DNA of 54,454 nucleotides from a virus (IMGVR_UViG_3300029319_000066:1-54454); one strand, 5' to 3'. Positions 25,862-35,658 are shown, counted from the first letter of the stretch. Notes: generated by a model not told the origin, from the sequence alone. Translations and numbers: made by a program.

Positions 25862-25907
25862 TACGTCTGTTCCGACAGGGGCAGATATAGCCAACGACTA
25901 TGAGACC

Positions 25908-26672
25908 ATGACCTATTTAGAACAACTAGAAATTGTAGAAGCAATACCTATTAAAGAGGGAGACACTATAGTTATTCAGTGTCCTTTCTGTGGTGGACTA
26001 AAGAAATTGGCTGTTTCTAAACTGGATGGTCAACTAAAATGGTATTGTTATAGAGCTTCCTGTAATGCCAAAGGTATCTACTCAGGTAAACGTAACTTAA
26101 AAGCTGTTAAGAATTATCTCGCGGATACAGTTCAAAAGAAAACTAGAGATCCAAAGCCAATTCCTGAGATAACTACTTCCGTAGATAACCACCAAGAAGC
26201 ATTAGACTATCTTGTTAACGTAAATAGTTTAGAAGCATATGAGAAGGGGTACATCAAAGTAAGATATGCTCCAAGTGAAGACAGGGTACTTTTCTACGCA
26301 GATAATGGTGCTGTTGGACGATCACTTAAATCATACGGACCCAAGTGGATTACTTACGGTACTATTGATACAGGAGTTCAAATAGGTAAAGGGGAGACTT
26401 GTGTATATGTTGAGGATATACCATCTGCTTGTAGTGTCAGTCGATTAAATAATTACGTAGGTGTTGCCTTGCTTGGTACGAATATTACACAAAAGATACA
26501 TAAAGCTACTAAAGTTTATAAAATGAGAATTTTATGTCTTGACAAGGATGCAAGTACTAAAGCAATAAACCAATTAAGAAATGTTGATAGATCAATTAAG
26601 CTTAGACTTTTAGCTAAGGACTTAAAAGAGCTATCTAAGGACCAATTAATAAAGGTATTGAATGTTTACTAA
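25908..26672 (+). CDS. DNA primase (zinc ribbon + TOPRIM)
   Basis: CPFC...CYRASC zinc finger; TOPRIM motifs VEDIPSA, ALLGT and CLDKDA. Confidence 0.85.
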   Translation: MTYLEQLEIVEAIPIKEGDTIVIQCPFCGGLKKLAVSKLDGQLKWYCYRASCNAKGIYSGKRNLKAVKNYLADTVQKKTRDPKPIPEITTSVDNHQEALDYLVNVNSLEAYEKGYIKVRYAPSEDRVLFYADNGAVGRSLKSYGPKWITYGTIDTGVQIGKGETCVYVEDIPSACSVSRLNNYVGVALLGTNITQKIHKATKVYKMRILCLDKDASTKAINQLRNVDRSIKLRLLAKDLKELSKDQLIKVLNVY

Positions 26673-26694
26673 TTTTCGTAATTGTGAAGGATTA

Positions 26695-26814
26695 GTGTGG
26701 GGCGAAGGATATATTAATCCACCCAAAGGACCACCCATTAACGAGTTTTGGCATAGGGTCAAACATCGAAAGTGTAAGACGATAGGTTTACACAGACTGG
26801 TCGAAGTGAGCTGA
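26695..26814 (+). CDS. Possible 39-aa micro-protein (MWGEGYINPPKGPPINEFWHRVK...)
   Basis: GTG start with GAAGGA close upstream; fills part of the gap; not in the ORF track. Confidence 0.35.
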   Translation: MWGEGYINPPKGPPINEFWHRVKHRKCKTIGLHRLVEVS

Positions 26815-26900
26815 GAGCAATATCTTTATAGGTAAAACCCGAAAACATATATTTTAAACAACAGTCGAAGCTAACCAGTACCGACTCTAAACTCAAAGGA

Positions 26901-27113
26901 ATGGTTATGAAAGCTAGAGGAATAGCAATCATTGATCTTGAAATAGACGGTGGATTTAGAGAAGCCGCTAAAGAAGAAGAAGCACTAGAAAATCTTATCA
27001 AAGAGTACGTAAAAAATAATCCTAGAGTAGTTCACTATCAATGTGAGTTACGTGAAAGACGGGGAGAACCTGGCGCAGTTGATCTAAGCAAAATGAAGTT
27101 TAGAGCTAACTAA
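26901..27113 (+). CDS. Hypothetical protein
   Basis: 70 aa; SD AAAGGA; followed by a terminator. Confidence 0.7.
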   Translation: MVMKARGIAIIDLEIDGGFREAAKEEEALENLIKEYVKNNPRVVHYQCELRERRGEPGAVDLSKMKFRAN

Positions 27114-27136
27114 ATAACGTAAATAACTAAAGAAAG

Positions 27137-27165
27137 AGCCTCACTTTTAGTGGGGCTTTTTTTTT
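27137..27165 (+). terminator. Intrinsic terminator
   Basis: AGCCTCACT-TTT-AGTGGGGCT followed by a T-run. Confidence 0.85.
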
Positions 27166-27233
27166 GCTTGATTTTTATTATTAGTTGGTGTTTTATAGCA
27201 ACTTATTAAATGTTAATAATTTGAAAGAAATAA

Positions 27234-28448
27234 ATGGACCAATCATTGTTGAAGAGTTGTCTTCGTAACTCTTTTTATAAAGAGAATAAGGCAAAATTAA
27301 GAAAATCACTATTTGAAGATAGTAGAAAAGAAGTGTTTGAAACTATTGTTTCGATGCACGAAAAATTTGAAAAAGATATTACTCCATTAGAATTGTTTGC
27401 TTATTGGAAGGCAAAAAATCCTACATCTACTGGATCTTGGTCTGTAGAAATACAGGATGTAATGAACTCAGTCGCTGAGTCTGAGGATATTGATGATGCT
27501 GTAGCTGAAGAAGTTATAGAAAATCTTTGGAGACAACATATTGGGTTAGATATTGCTAACCTTGGCATAAAAATGTCTGAGGGCGATACCTCAGCAATGG
27601 ATACACTCAATAATTTACTTACTCGCGTATCTAATGGCTATTTACCAGACGATTTTGGTGAACCAGTAACTGACGATATTTACGAACTGTTAGCTACTGT
27701 ATCAAATGATAACAGATTTAAGTTTAACTTGGATACGTTATCAAAGGAAGTGTACGGCATTGGTAGAGGTGAGTTTGGAGTTATAGCCGCTTATAGTAAC
27801 GTAGGTAAAACGGCCTTTGCTATAAGTCTTTGTGCTGGTCCATCAGGATTTTGCCAACAAGGTGCTAAAGTTTGTTACATAGCTAATGAAGAAATAGGTA
27901 AAAGAACAAAGCTTCGCGCAATACAAGCTCATACTGGTATGACAGTAGAGGAGATCGAATTTGATCCTCAGAGTGCTTCCGCAAGATACTTAGGTATTAA
28001 AGACCGATTAATATTTGTCGATGCTCAAGGTTGGGATATCCAAACTTTAGAAGCTTACTTAGATAAACAACAGCCAGATTTAGTTATTGTTGATATGGCT
28101 GATAAAGTTGCTCTCGTAGATAAATTCAATTCAGGCCATGAGCGTTTACGTGAATTGTACTATCGACTGAGAGAAGCGGCTAAGAAGTTTAATTGTGCAA
28201 TCTTAGGTCTTTCGCAAGCAAGTGCAGAAGCTGAGGGTAAGACCAGAATTACAATGTCAATGATGGAAGGGTCGAAGCTAGGTAAAGCGGCTGAGAGTGA
28301 TATTATGTTGGGCATTGGTCGTATGAATGACGCTGAGATGCCTGACGATCCTACTCGTTGGATAACCGTAATGAAGAATAAGATCTCAGGATGGCACGGT
28401 ACTATTATTTGTTCACTTAATCAAAAGACCTCAAGGTACGAGGTTTAA
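27234..28448 (+). CDS. DnaB-like (SF4) replicative helicase
   Basis: Walker A AYSNVGKT, ANEE, Walker B VIVDMAD, LSQAS and KNKISG motifs. Confidence 0.9.
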   Translation: MDQSLLKSCLRNSFYKENKAKLRKSLFEDSRKEVFETIVSMHEKFEKDITPLELFAYWKAKNPTSTGSWSVEIQDVMNSVAESEDIDDAVAEEVIENLWRQHIGLDIANLGIKMSEGDTSAMDTLNNLLTRVSNGYLPDDFGEPVTDDIYELLATVSNDNRFKFNLDTLSKEVYGIGRGEFGVIAAYSNVGKTAFAISLCAGPSGFCQQGAKVCYIANEEIGKRTKLRAIQAHTGMTVEEIEFDPQSASARYLGIKDRLIFVDAQGWDIQTLEAYLDKQQPDLVIVDMADKVALVDKFNSGHERLRELYYRLREAAKKFNCAILGLSQASAEAEGKTRITMSMMEGSKLGKAAESDIMLGIGRMNDAEMPDDPTRWITVMKNKISGWHGTIICSLNQKTSRYEV

Positions 28449-28449
28449 A

Positions 28450-30600
28450 ATGAAGTGGTTAGTATTGGATTTAGAAACGACAGTAGAGCGTATCGATGGT
28501 CGTATAGATAATAGCCCTAAGAACCCAAATAATAAATGTGTTTCCGCACATTATGGTTGGCTATCTACGGAAACAGTAGACAAAGTTCATTTTGATATAT
28601 TTTTTCATAAAGAGTGTAGAGTTCCTGATGGAATATCTAGGCTTAAAAGCCATTTGGCTGAAGCAGATGGTTTGATTTGTCATAATGTTAAGTTTGATGC
28701 TGAGTGGTTGATGGAAATGGGCTTCGCGCTCCCACCAGTTGTCTACGATACTATGATTTGTGAGTATCTTTTAGCAAAAGGTCAACGTAGATTGTTGAGC
28801 TTAAAGGAAAGTGCAATCAGACGTAAAACTAAAAGCATTAAAAAATCAGACCTTGTTGATGAGATGTTTAAAGAAGGCACTGACTTTAGTGAAATGCCTC
28901 TCAACGTAGTTATTGAATATGCAGAAGCTGACGTAAAAGCCTGTGGAGAATTGTTTCTCGCGCAACAGGATATTCTAGAGCGTGAGCATAATATTAGTCT
29001 TAAAAAAGTAATCCCTTTTATGAATGAAATGCTTTTGTTTCTATGTGAGATAGAAATGAACGGCGTTAAGATTGATATGGATGCTTTAGAGATTGTTGAG
29101 AAAGAGTTTGAAGCTGAAAAGATTGAGCTTGAAAGACGTTTAACAGAGTTAGTTGAACAAGTAATGGGTGATACGCCTATTAACTTAAATAGTGGCGCAG
29201 ATATGACTAAGGTAGTTTATTCGCGTGAGGTTATTGACAGAGATGTTCACCAAAAGACATTCAACATAGGCACTAATGAAGCAGGTAAATCTCTTAGACC
29301 GCCATATATGAAATCAAATCAATTTGTAGACGCTGTAAGGGCTACGACTAAAGTAGTTCACAAGACAGTTGCTTCTCGTTGTCAATGCTGTGATGGCCTT
29401 GGGTCTATTCAGAAGTTTAAACAAATTACTAAAATTAAAAATGGTAAAAAGTATAGGGTTCAAGGTGGTCCTTATAAAAATAGAACCAAGTGCAAAACCT
29501 GTAATGGAAAGGGTGCTATTTACGTATCTAATGGTGTTGTAGCTGGATTAAGATTGTCTCCAAGCTCTCCTTACGATGCTAGTATCAATGGTTTTAAAAC
29601 AGACAAGGAAACCATTAAGCTTTTAATTCAACAAGCAGAGCGTAAAAACAACGAAGTAGCTAAAGAGTTCTTGACTAAGTTATCTCGCTTGAGCGCAATA
29701 TCTGTTTACCTAGATAGTTTTGTTGCTGGTATAAAGAGGGGTACTAGAGCAAGCGGATTTCTTCACGCAAGCTTTCATCAGTGTAAAGCTTCTACTGGCA
29801 GACTTTCTTCTGGCGGTGGTATGTCCTTAAACTTACAGAACCAACCAAAAAGAGGATTTCCTGTACGTAAGTGCTTTGTTAGCCGTTTTGAAAATGGTCT
29901 ACTTTTAGAGTCGGATTACAGTGGATTAGAATTTAGAACGGCTTGTGAGTTATCTAGAGATAGTCAAGGTCTTGCAGATATTATTGAAGGCAAAGACATA
30001 CACAGACAAACTGCAAGCATCTGTCTACGTAAACCACAGTCTGAAGTTAGTAAATCTGAGAGACAAAACCATAAATGGGCAAGCTTTCAACCTCTCTTTG
30101 GTGGTACTGGAGCTGGTCAGCCTTCACATATAAAAGCGTATTTTGATAGGTTTTATGAGATATACGAAGGTATATACGGTTGGCATCAGTCTTTAATGAA
30201 TGGAACACTCAAGAATGGAACTGTAGAAACACCTAGTGGAAGACAATATTACTGGCCTAATGTTGTCAGAACTAGGAATAATCGCGTAAGTTTTGCTACT
30301 CAAATACTAAATTATCCAGTACAAGGCTTTAGTGCAGATTTAGTTCAATTAGCTTGCATTAGGGCTTATCGTTTATTTAAACAAAAAAATATGCAATCAA
30401 AACTTATACTTACAGTACACGATAGTATTGTTGTTGATACTCATCCAGATGAAGTTGAGGAAGTAAAGGCAATACTTACGCAAGCAATGACAAAAGTAGG
30501 AGATGAAGCAAAAGAACGCTTTGGATACTCTCTTGTTGTACCTCTAGAAATTGAAATTAGTAGAGGAAAAAACTGGTTAGAGCAACAAGAATATGGTTGA
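28450..30600 (+). CDS. polA: Family A DNA polymerase with 3'-5' exonuclease and DnaJ-type zinc-finger insertion
   Basis: Exo motifs LDLETT, HNVKFD and YAEAD; CQCCDGLG and CKTCNGKG; TGRLSS; motif A DYSGLEFR; motif C VHDS. Confidence 0.95.
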   Translation: MKWLVLDLETTVERIDGRIDNSPKNPNNKCVSAHYGWLSTETVDKVHFDIFFHKECRVPDGISRLKSHLAEADGLICHNVKFDAEWLMEMGFALPPVVYDTMICEYLLAKGQRRLLSLKESAIRRKTKSIKKSDLVDEMFKEGTDFSEMPLNVVIEYAEADVKACGELFLAQQDILEREHNISLKKVIPFMNEMLLFLCEIEMNGVKIDMDALEIVEKEFEAEKIELERRLTELVEQVMGDTPINLNSGADMTKVVYSREVIDRDVHQKTFNIGTNEAGKSLRPPYMKSNQFVDAVRATTKVVHKTVASRCQCCDGLGSIQKFKQITKIKNGKKYRVQGGPYKNRTKCKTCNGKGAIYVSNGVVAGLRLSPSSPYDASINGFKTDKETIKLLIQQAERKNNEVAKEFLTKLSRLSAISVYLDSFVAGIKRGTRASGFLHASFHQCKASTGRLSSGGGMSLNLQNQPKRGFPVRKCFVSRFENGLLLESDYSGLEFRTACELSRDSQGLADIIEGKDIHRQTASICLRKPQSEVSKSERQNHKWASFQPLFGGTGAGQPSHIKAYFDRFYEIYEGIYGWHQSLMNGTLKNGTVETPSGRQYYWPNVVRTRNNRVSFATQILNYPVQGFSADLVQLACIRAYRLFKQKNMQSKLILTVHDSIVVDTHPDEVEEVKAILTQAMTKVGDEAKERFGYSLVVPLEIEISRGKNWLEQQEYG

Positions 30601-30625
30601 ATAGAACACCTAACTAGTGTATAAT
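30597..30625 (+). promoter_or_regulatory. sigma70-like promoter
   Basis: TTGAAT-17 bp-TATAAT; spacer contains AACACCTAACTAGTGT. Confidence 0.7.
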
Positions 30626-30653
30626 GAAAACTCATTTTAAAAAAAGGAAAGTT

Positions 30654-31484
30654 ATGACTGAACTAGCAATTAAAGAAACTGGCTTATCATTAGAAGAGAT
30701 AAGCGCACAATTAGGTGCGTCCTCTGGCACGAAGGGGCCAAGCATCCCCTCGTTAAAAATTAATTCAAATGGCGAAGACGCTAACGGTAATCAAATTCCA
30801 TTAGGTGCGTTCTTTTTAAATACGGCTGAAGATCGTGTTTATGCAAAGGAAGGCGTAAAGCTAAGGGCTTTTAGTAATCATATCCAGTATCAGCATTGGG
30901 GGGATAATGGACTGATAAACAAATCTCTTTTGATTAAAAATCAGAGAGAAGAAGCACGGGATCAATTAGGTGGTTTTATGTGCGGTATGCCTACTTATGA
31001 ACAATCCAAAAATATGACACCTGAGGAACGTAAGCAATATGAAGGTAGAGACAGGTATCGTATTATTCGTGGATTAGTAAGTTACGTAGGTAAAACGGCT
31101 CAAGGAAAAGAAATAACTTTAGAGAATGAACCTTGTGTACTTTCTTTAAAGCGAAGGAACTACGGACCATTTTGGCATGATGTTGTTAAGAGAATGCCGA
31201 ATGGGATGAACCTTTGGGATTTTGAAAATGTTCTCAAGGCTGAAAAGATGAAGACTGACAAAGGCGCAGTATACTACGTAATGCGTTTTAGTCCTCAATT
31301 TGGGAATCCGATTCCAATGGACCAACTTACCTATGATAGTTTAGCTCACGTAAGTGGTTTGGTTACTTCAGAAAATAAACGAATTGATGAAGCCTTTAAA
31401 TTAGCATCTACACAGACAGAAGAGGAGCAAGAAGCTGCTAGAATTTTAGATGCGGTGGAAACTCTTGATGAAGATGTTGGATAA
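30654..31484 (+). CDS. Putative single-stranded DNA-binding protein
   Basis: Start MTELAIK (SD AAGGA; the ATG at 30624 lies in the -10 box); acidic C-tail; position after the polymerase. Confidence 0.55.
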   Translation: MTELAIKETGLSLEEISAQLGASSGTKGPSIPSLKINSNGEDANGNQIPLGAFFLNTAEDRVYAKEGVKLRAFSNHIQYQHWGDNGLINKSLLIKNQREEARDQLGGFMCGMPTYEQSKNMTPEERKQYEGRDRYRIIRGLVSYVGKTAQGKEITLENEPCVLSLKRRNYGPFWHDVVKRMPNGMNLWDFENVLKAEKMKTDKGAVYYVMRFSPQFGNPIPMDQLTYDSLAHVSGLVTSENKRIDEAFKLASTQTEEEQEAARILDAVETLDEDVG

Positions 31485-32255
31485 ATGGGCATTATTAAAA
31501 ATATGCCTGTTGAAGAATACCATAAACAAAGTGGTATTTCCTCATCTGCGGTAAAAAAAGTTTACAAGAAGTCTATAGCTCACTGGAAAGGTGAGAAAAG
31601 AGTTCAAACTTCTGCGTTTTCTCTAGGGTCGGGTGTTCACGCACTTCTCCTAGAGGAACACCGCAATTTAGTTGTTAAAGGTCCAAAGACCCGAAACTCA
31701 AAAGCATTTAAGGAGATGGAAGAGTCACTTAAACCTGATCAAGTTTTATTGACTGAGGTTGAGTATCACGTAGCCCATCGTATGGCGAAAGAAACTTTAA
31801 AAAATAAAGCTTGTAAGAAAGTTTTACGTCATAAAAATAGACAAAACGAAGTTAGCATTTTTGCAGAGTGTCCTAGAACTGGATTGATATTAAAAACTCG
31901 TCCAGATTTATATATTTTGTCTGAAAACGCTGTCTTTGATGTTAAAACTACTCAAGATGCAAGCCCATCAGGATTTGCTAAAGAGTGTTGGAAATATTCG
32001 TATGATTTACAATCTGCGTTTTATATTTACGTATGTAATTTAGCCGAAATTGATGTAGATAGATTTACGTTTATCGCTGTCGAAAAATCGGCTCCCTATA
32101 TTAGCCATCTGCATTTAGTTAGCCCTGAGTTACTAGAGAACGCTACAGAGCGTATGCACAGGGTATTAGCTACTATAGCCGTGGCAAACGAGAAGGAAGA
32201 TTTTAGCACTGGCTGGGGTGATTATAGTGTCTTGGAATTACCTAAGTGGCTATGA
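31485..32255 (+). CDS. RecE/exonuclease VIII-like PD-(D/E)XK exonuclease (DUF3799-like)
   Basis: YH...ISSS, GSGVHALLLE, KTRPD, DVKTT, YDLQSAFY and FIAVEK motifs. Confidence 0.85.
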   Translation: MGIIKNMPVEEYHKQSGISSSAVKKVYKKSIAHWKGEKRVQTSAFSLGSGVHALLLEEHRNLVVKGPKTRNSKAFKEMEESLKPDQVLLTEVEYHVAHRMAKETLKNKACKKVLRHKNRQNEVSIFAECPRTGLILKTRPDLYILSENAVFDVKTTQDASPSGFAKECWKYSYDLQSAFYIYVCNLAEIDVDRFTFIAVEKSAPYISHLHLVSPELLENATERMHRVLATIAVANEKEDFSTGWGDYSVLELPKWL

Positions 32256-32602
32256 AATCATCTAGTGCTAAAGCGAAGGGCAGAAAACATCAACAATGGG
32301 TTAGAGACCATATTCTCGCTCTCTATCCTAAAAAACTACTCCCTGATGATGTTAGAAGCACTTCGATGGGTGCTGGTGGTGAGGATATTCAGCTTAGTCC
32401 TACCGCCAGACACCTATTTAATTATTCAATTGAATGTAAATCACACAAGAATTTTTCTATCTATAAAATAATTAATCAGGCTACGGAAAATTGCCCTGAA
32501 GGGTCTGAGCCATTGGCAATAATTAAAGCGGATCGACAGAAGCCTTTAGCGGTTGTAGATGCGGAACATTTTTTCAAATTAGTTAGTAAAGGCACATTAT
32601 GA
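32246..32602 (+). CDS. Holliday-junction-resolvase-like PD-(D/E)XK endonuclease
   Basis: SAKAKGR...GEDIQL...SIECK motifs; ATG at 32252 is also possible. Confidence 0.75.
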   Translation: MAMKSSSAKAKGRKHQQWVRDHILALYPKKLLPDDVRSTSMGAGGEDIQLSPTARHLFNYSIECKSHKNFSIYKIINQATENCPEGSEPLAIIKADRQKPLAVVDAEHFFKLVSKGTL

Positions 32603-32937
32603 AATCACGTAAAAACATTATAAATTTTCGCATCTCTATAGATCAAGATACAGATCATTATGATATTGATGTTAATCATAATTTAAGCACCACAATGACA
32701 GAAGAACAATTTACGTTCTACGCTGATGTTATTGCTGGCTTAAATGCAAAATTAAGAACTGAACTTAATTCATTTGCACATATGGGATCTCTATTACGAG
32801 AAGTTACCATTTTAAGAGACATTATAGAGAGCAACGATACTGAAATACAATTTGAACCTGACAAAGAATTTGAAGAAGCCGTTAGGAACAATGATACTGC
32901 TAAAATTTTAGAATTTAAAACAAAGAAATTTCATTAA
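32599..32937 (+). CDS. Hypothetical protein
   Basis: 112-aa ORF with ATGA overlap. Confidence 0.6.
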   Translation: MKSRKNIINFRISIDQDTDHYDIDVNHNLSTTMTEEQFTFYADVIAGLNAKLRTELNSFAHMGSLLREVTILRDIIESNDTEIQFEPDKEFEEAVRNNDTAKILEFKTKKFH

Positions 32938-32950
32938 AAAAGGAATAAAA

Positions 32951-33214
32951 ATGGAAAATGATACTTTTAAAGGCGATTACGAAACGGATTTAGTTAATAA
33001 ACCACCACACTATAATAAATCTTCAATAGAGTGCATCGATGCAATGTCTGCAATGGCAGAAAGTGCTAATGAAGTACTCACCGCCCACCAAGCCTATTGT
33101 TGGCAAAACTCCTTTAAATACCTTTGGAGATTTCCTTATAAAAATGGTGCGGAAGACTTAAAAAAAGCTCAGTGGTATTTAAACCGCCTTCTTAAAGATT
33201 TTGAGAGGAGCTAG
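32951..33214 (+). CDS. DUF3310 (SaV-like / T7 gp1.7-like) protein
   Basis: VNKPPHY...IECID...KYLWR..YKNGAEDLKKAQWYL. Confidence 0.9.
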   Translation: MENDTFKGDYETDLVNKPPHYNKSSIECIDAMSAMAESANEVLTAHQAYCWQNSFKYLWRFPYKNGAEDLKKAQWYLNRLLKDFERS

Positions 33215-33216
33215 GG

Positions 33217-33705
33217 ATGATTACCAAAGAAGATATTGATGCGGTGGCATCTTTAGCAGAGCCATTAAATCAAGTTGGTTTACATGATATGGAGCCAGAT
33301 TGGTTAGATCACATAGATAAAAGCTCTCCTCTTCAGATGGTAACTCAATTTGCTAAAGCTATGGGTCAACCTATAAATCAAAGATGGTTGGGCAGTTTTA
33401 AACTAGAAGAATTACGTTTTAATTTTATAAGAGAAGAATTTGAAGAATTTGAGGAAGAATGTTTGAAAGGTGATGCACCTGAAAACGCCCTCAAAGAATT
33501 AGCTGACATTGCCTACGTAGTTTATGGCTATGCAGCTACTTATGGTTGGGATTTGGACGAAGCCGTGCGTAGGGTTCACAAATCAAACATGAGCAAACTA
33601 GGCATTGACGGTAAGCCTATCAAAGACCCTAACGGTAAAGTTTTAAAGGGTCCAAACTATAAAAAACCAACATTACAGGACTTAGTGGAGACCAAAAATG
33701 AATAA
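33217..33705 (+). CDS. MazG-like / PRA-PH nucleotide pyrophosphohydrolase
   Basis: EEFEE...KELADIAYVVYG...VHKSNMSK...GKVLKGPNY. Confidence 0.85.
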   Translation: MITKEDIDAVASLAEPLNQVGLHDMEPDWLDHIDKSSPLQMVTQFAKAMGQPINQRWLGSFKLEELRFNFIREEFEEFEEECLKGDAPENALKELADIAYVVYGYAATYGWDLDEAVRRVHKSNMSKLGIDGKPIKDPNGKVLKGPNYKKPTLQDLVETKNE

Positions 33706-35641
33706 AAATTTACTTCCAACAGACTATCAAACTTTTATCGCAACTAGCCGTTATGCTCGTTGGCTACCTGAAGAAAAACGTAGAGAAACTTGGACTGAAA
33801 CCGTAGATAGATACATAGATAATGTAGTTAGACCTAGAATTAAGTCAAATGATCCTATTACGCTAGAGTTGATTGAAGAAATTACGGAAGCAATACTTAA
33901 TTTAAGTGTTATGCCAAGTATGAGATCATTAATGACCGCAGGACCAGCGGCTGATCGTGATAATACTTGTATGTATAATTGTAGTTATTTGGCTGTAGAT
34001 GATCCAAAGTCTTTTGATGAAGCTATGTTTATTCTTTTATGTGGTACAGGCGTTGGTTTTAGTGTTGAAAGAAAATTTATTGATAATCTGCCCGAAGTAC
34101 CAAAGCTATTTGATAGTGATACTATCGTGGTTGTTAAAGACTCTAAAGAAGGTTGGGCTAAAGCTTTTAGACAAATCCTAGCATTATTATGGGCGGGAGA
34201 AATACCTAAATGGAATGTTGATAAAGTAAGACCCGCAGGATCTAGATTAAAGACTTTTGGGGGTAGGGCATCTGGACCTGCTCCTTTAGTCGATTTATTT
34301 AATTTTTCCGTTAAAACATTTAAAGAAGCACAAGGACGTAAACTGTCTACGTTAGAATGCCATGATCTTATGTGCAAAGTTGGCGAAATAGTAGTTGTAG
34401 GTGGTGTACGCCGATCTGCTATGATTTCTTTAAGTAATCTACAAGACGATAGAATGCGTTATGCTAAGTCTGGTGAGTGGTGGGATGATGAAGCCGCTGG
34501 AATAAAAAGATATGGCTACAGACGATTAGCAAATAACTCAGTTGCGTATACAGAAAAGCCTGACTCTATGTCTTTTATGCGTGAGTGGATGTCTTTAATT
34601 GAAAGTAATTCTGGTGAGCGAGGTATTTTCAACAGAGAAGCTTGTAAAAAACAAGTTGCAAAAAATGATAGAAGAGATCCAGAGTATGATTTTGGAACTA
34701 ATCCTTGTTCTGAAATAATTCTTAGAAGTATGCAATTTTGTAATTTAACCGAAGTAGTGGTTAGAGCTACAGATACTGTAGAAACATTAAAAAGAAAGGT
34801 TGAATTAGCTACTATCTTAGGAACAATTCAATCTACGTATACAAAATTTCCGTATTTACGCAAAAATTGGCACAAAAATACAGAAGAAGAAAGGCTTCTT
34901 GGTGTTAGTCTTACAGGGATAATGGATAATCCTTTATTGACACATAAAAATGAAGGATTAGCAAACACTTTAGAGCATTTAAAAGAAGAAGCTGTACAAA
35001 CAAATATATTGTGGGCGCAAAAGCTAGGTGTTCCTTACAGTGCTGCTATTACTTGTGTTAAACCATCTGGAACAGTTTCTCAATTAGTCGATAGTTCTAG
35101 TGGTATTCACGCAAGGCATTCACCTTATTATATTCGTACTGTTCGAGGAGATAACAAAGATCCACTTACACAATTTTTAATTGATCAAGGTGTTCCGTCA
35201 GAGCCAGATAATCAAAAGCCAAAGGAAACAACAGTTTTTAGCTTTCCAACAATGTCTCCTGTAGGTGCAATTTGTACTAAAGATTTAACTGCAATCGATC
35301 AACTTAATATGTGGCTTATGTATCAAAGACATTGGTGCGAACACAAACCTTCTGTGACTATTAACGTAAAGAAAGATGAATGGTTTGAGGTAGGTGCATT
35401 TGTTTATGCTCATTTTGATGAAATGTCTGGCGTATCTTTTTTACCATTTAATGAACACATTTATCCTCAAGCTCCCTATCAAGAATGTGATGAAGAAGAA
35501 TATAAAAAGGTATTATCATCTATGCCAAAAAACATAGATTGGACTAAATTATCTACCTACGAGACTGAAGATACTACCTCTGGATCACAGACAATGGCTT
35601 GCGTAGGTAATACCTGTGAAATAGTCGATATTGCTTCTTAA
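33698..35641 (+). CDS. nrdJ: Class II (adenosylcobalamin-dependent) ribonucleotide reductase
   Basis: RRETW, PSMR, YNCS, GGVRRSA, GTNPCSEI and TCVKPSGTVS motifs; C-terminal C-x4-C; no beta-subunit gene present. Confidence 0.92.
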   Translation: MNKNLLPTDYQTFIATSRYARWLPEEKRRETWTETVDRYIDNVVRPRIKSNDPITLELIEEITEAILNLSVMPSMRSLMTAGPAADRDNTCMYNCSYLAVDDPKSFDEAMFILLCGTGVGFSVERKFIDNLPEVPKLFDSDTIVVVKDSKEGWAKAFRQILALLWAGEIPKWNVDKVRPAGSRLKTFGGRASGPAPLVDLFNFSVKTFKEAQGRKLSTLECHDLMCKVGEIVVVGGVRRSAMISLSNLQDDRMRYAKSGEWWDDEAAGIKRYGYRRLANNSVAYTEKPDSMSFMREWMSLIESNSGERGIFNREACKKQVAKNDRRDPEYDFGTNPCSEIILRSMQFCNLTEVVVRATDTVETLKRKVELATILGTIQSTYTKFPYLRKNWHKNTEEERLLGVSLTGIMDNPLLTHKNEGLANTLEHLKEEAVQTNILWAQKLGVPYSAAITCVKPSGTVSQLVDSSSGIHARHSPYYIRTVRGDNKDPLTQFLIDQGVPSEPDNQKPKETTVFSFPTMSPVGAICTKDLTAIDQLNMWLMYQRHWCEHKPSVTINVKKDEWFEVGAFVYAHFDEMSGVSFLPFNEHIYPQAPYQECDEEEYKKVLSSMPKNIDWTKLSTYETEDTTSGSQTMACVGNTCEIVDIAS

Positions 35642-35658
35642 ATAATTGAATTTTATAT

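Noticed and set aside
26790-26890. Cobalamin riboswitch or other structured RNA (ACTGGT...ACCAGT pairing, repeated GTCGAAG)
   Set aside because: No B12-box consensus and the pairing is too short to support
29200-29600. Intein in the polymerase
   Set aside because: The insertion is short, lacks intein splice-junction motifs and matches the DnaJ zinc-finger pattern
28450-33705. Z-base (2-aminoadenine) or 7-deazaguanine system suggested by MazG plus an unusual PolA
   Set aside because: No PurZ, DatZ, DpdA or Que-like ORF recognised in the genome
22952-34377. Minus-strand and off-frame ORFs in the replication arm (22952, 23688, 23928, 25003, 25277, 26759, 27401, 29945, 30441, 32265, 33985, 33999)
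   Set aside because: They overlap conserved plus-strand genes and lack independent support
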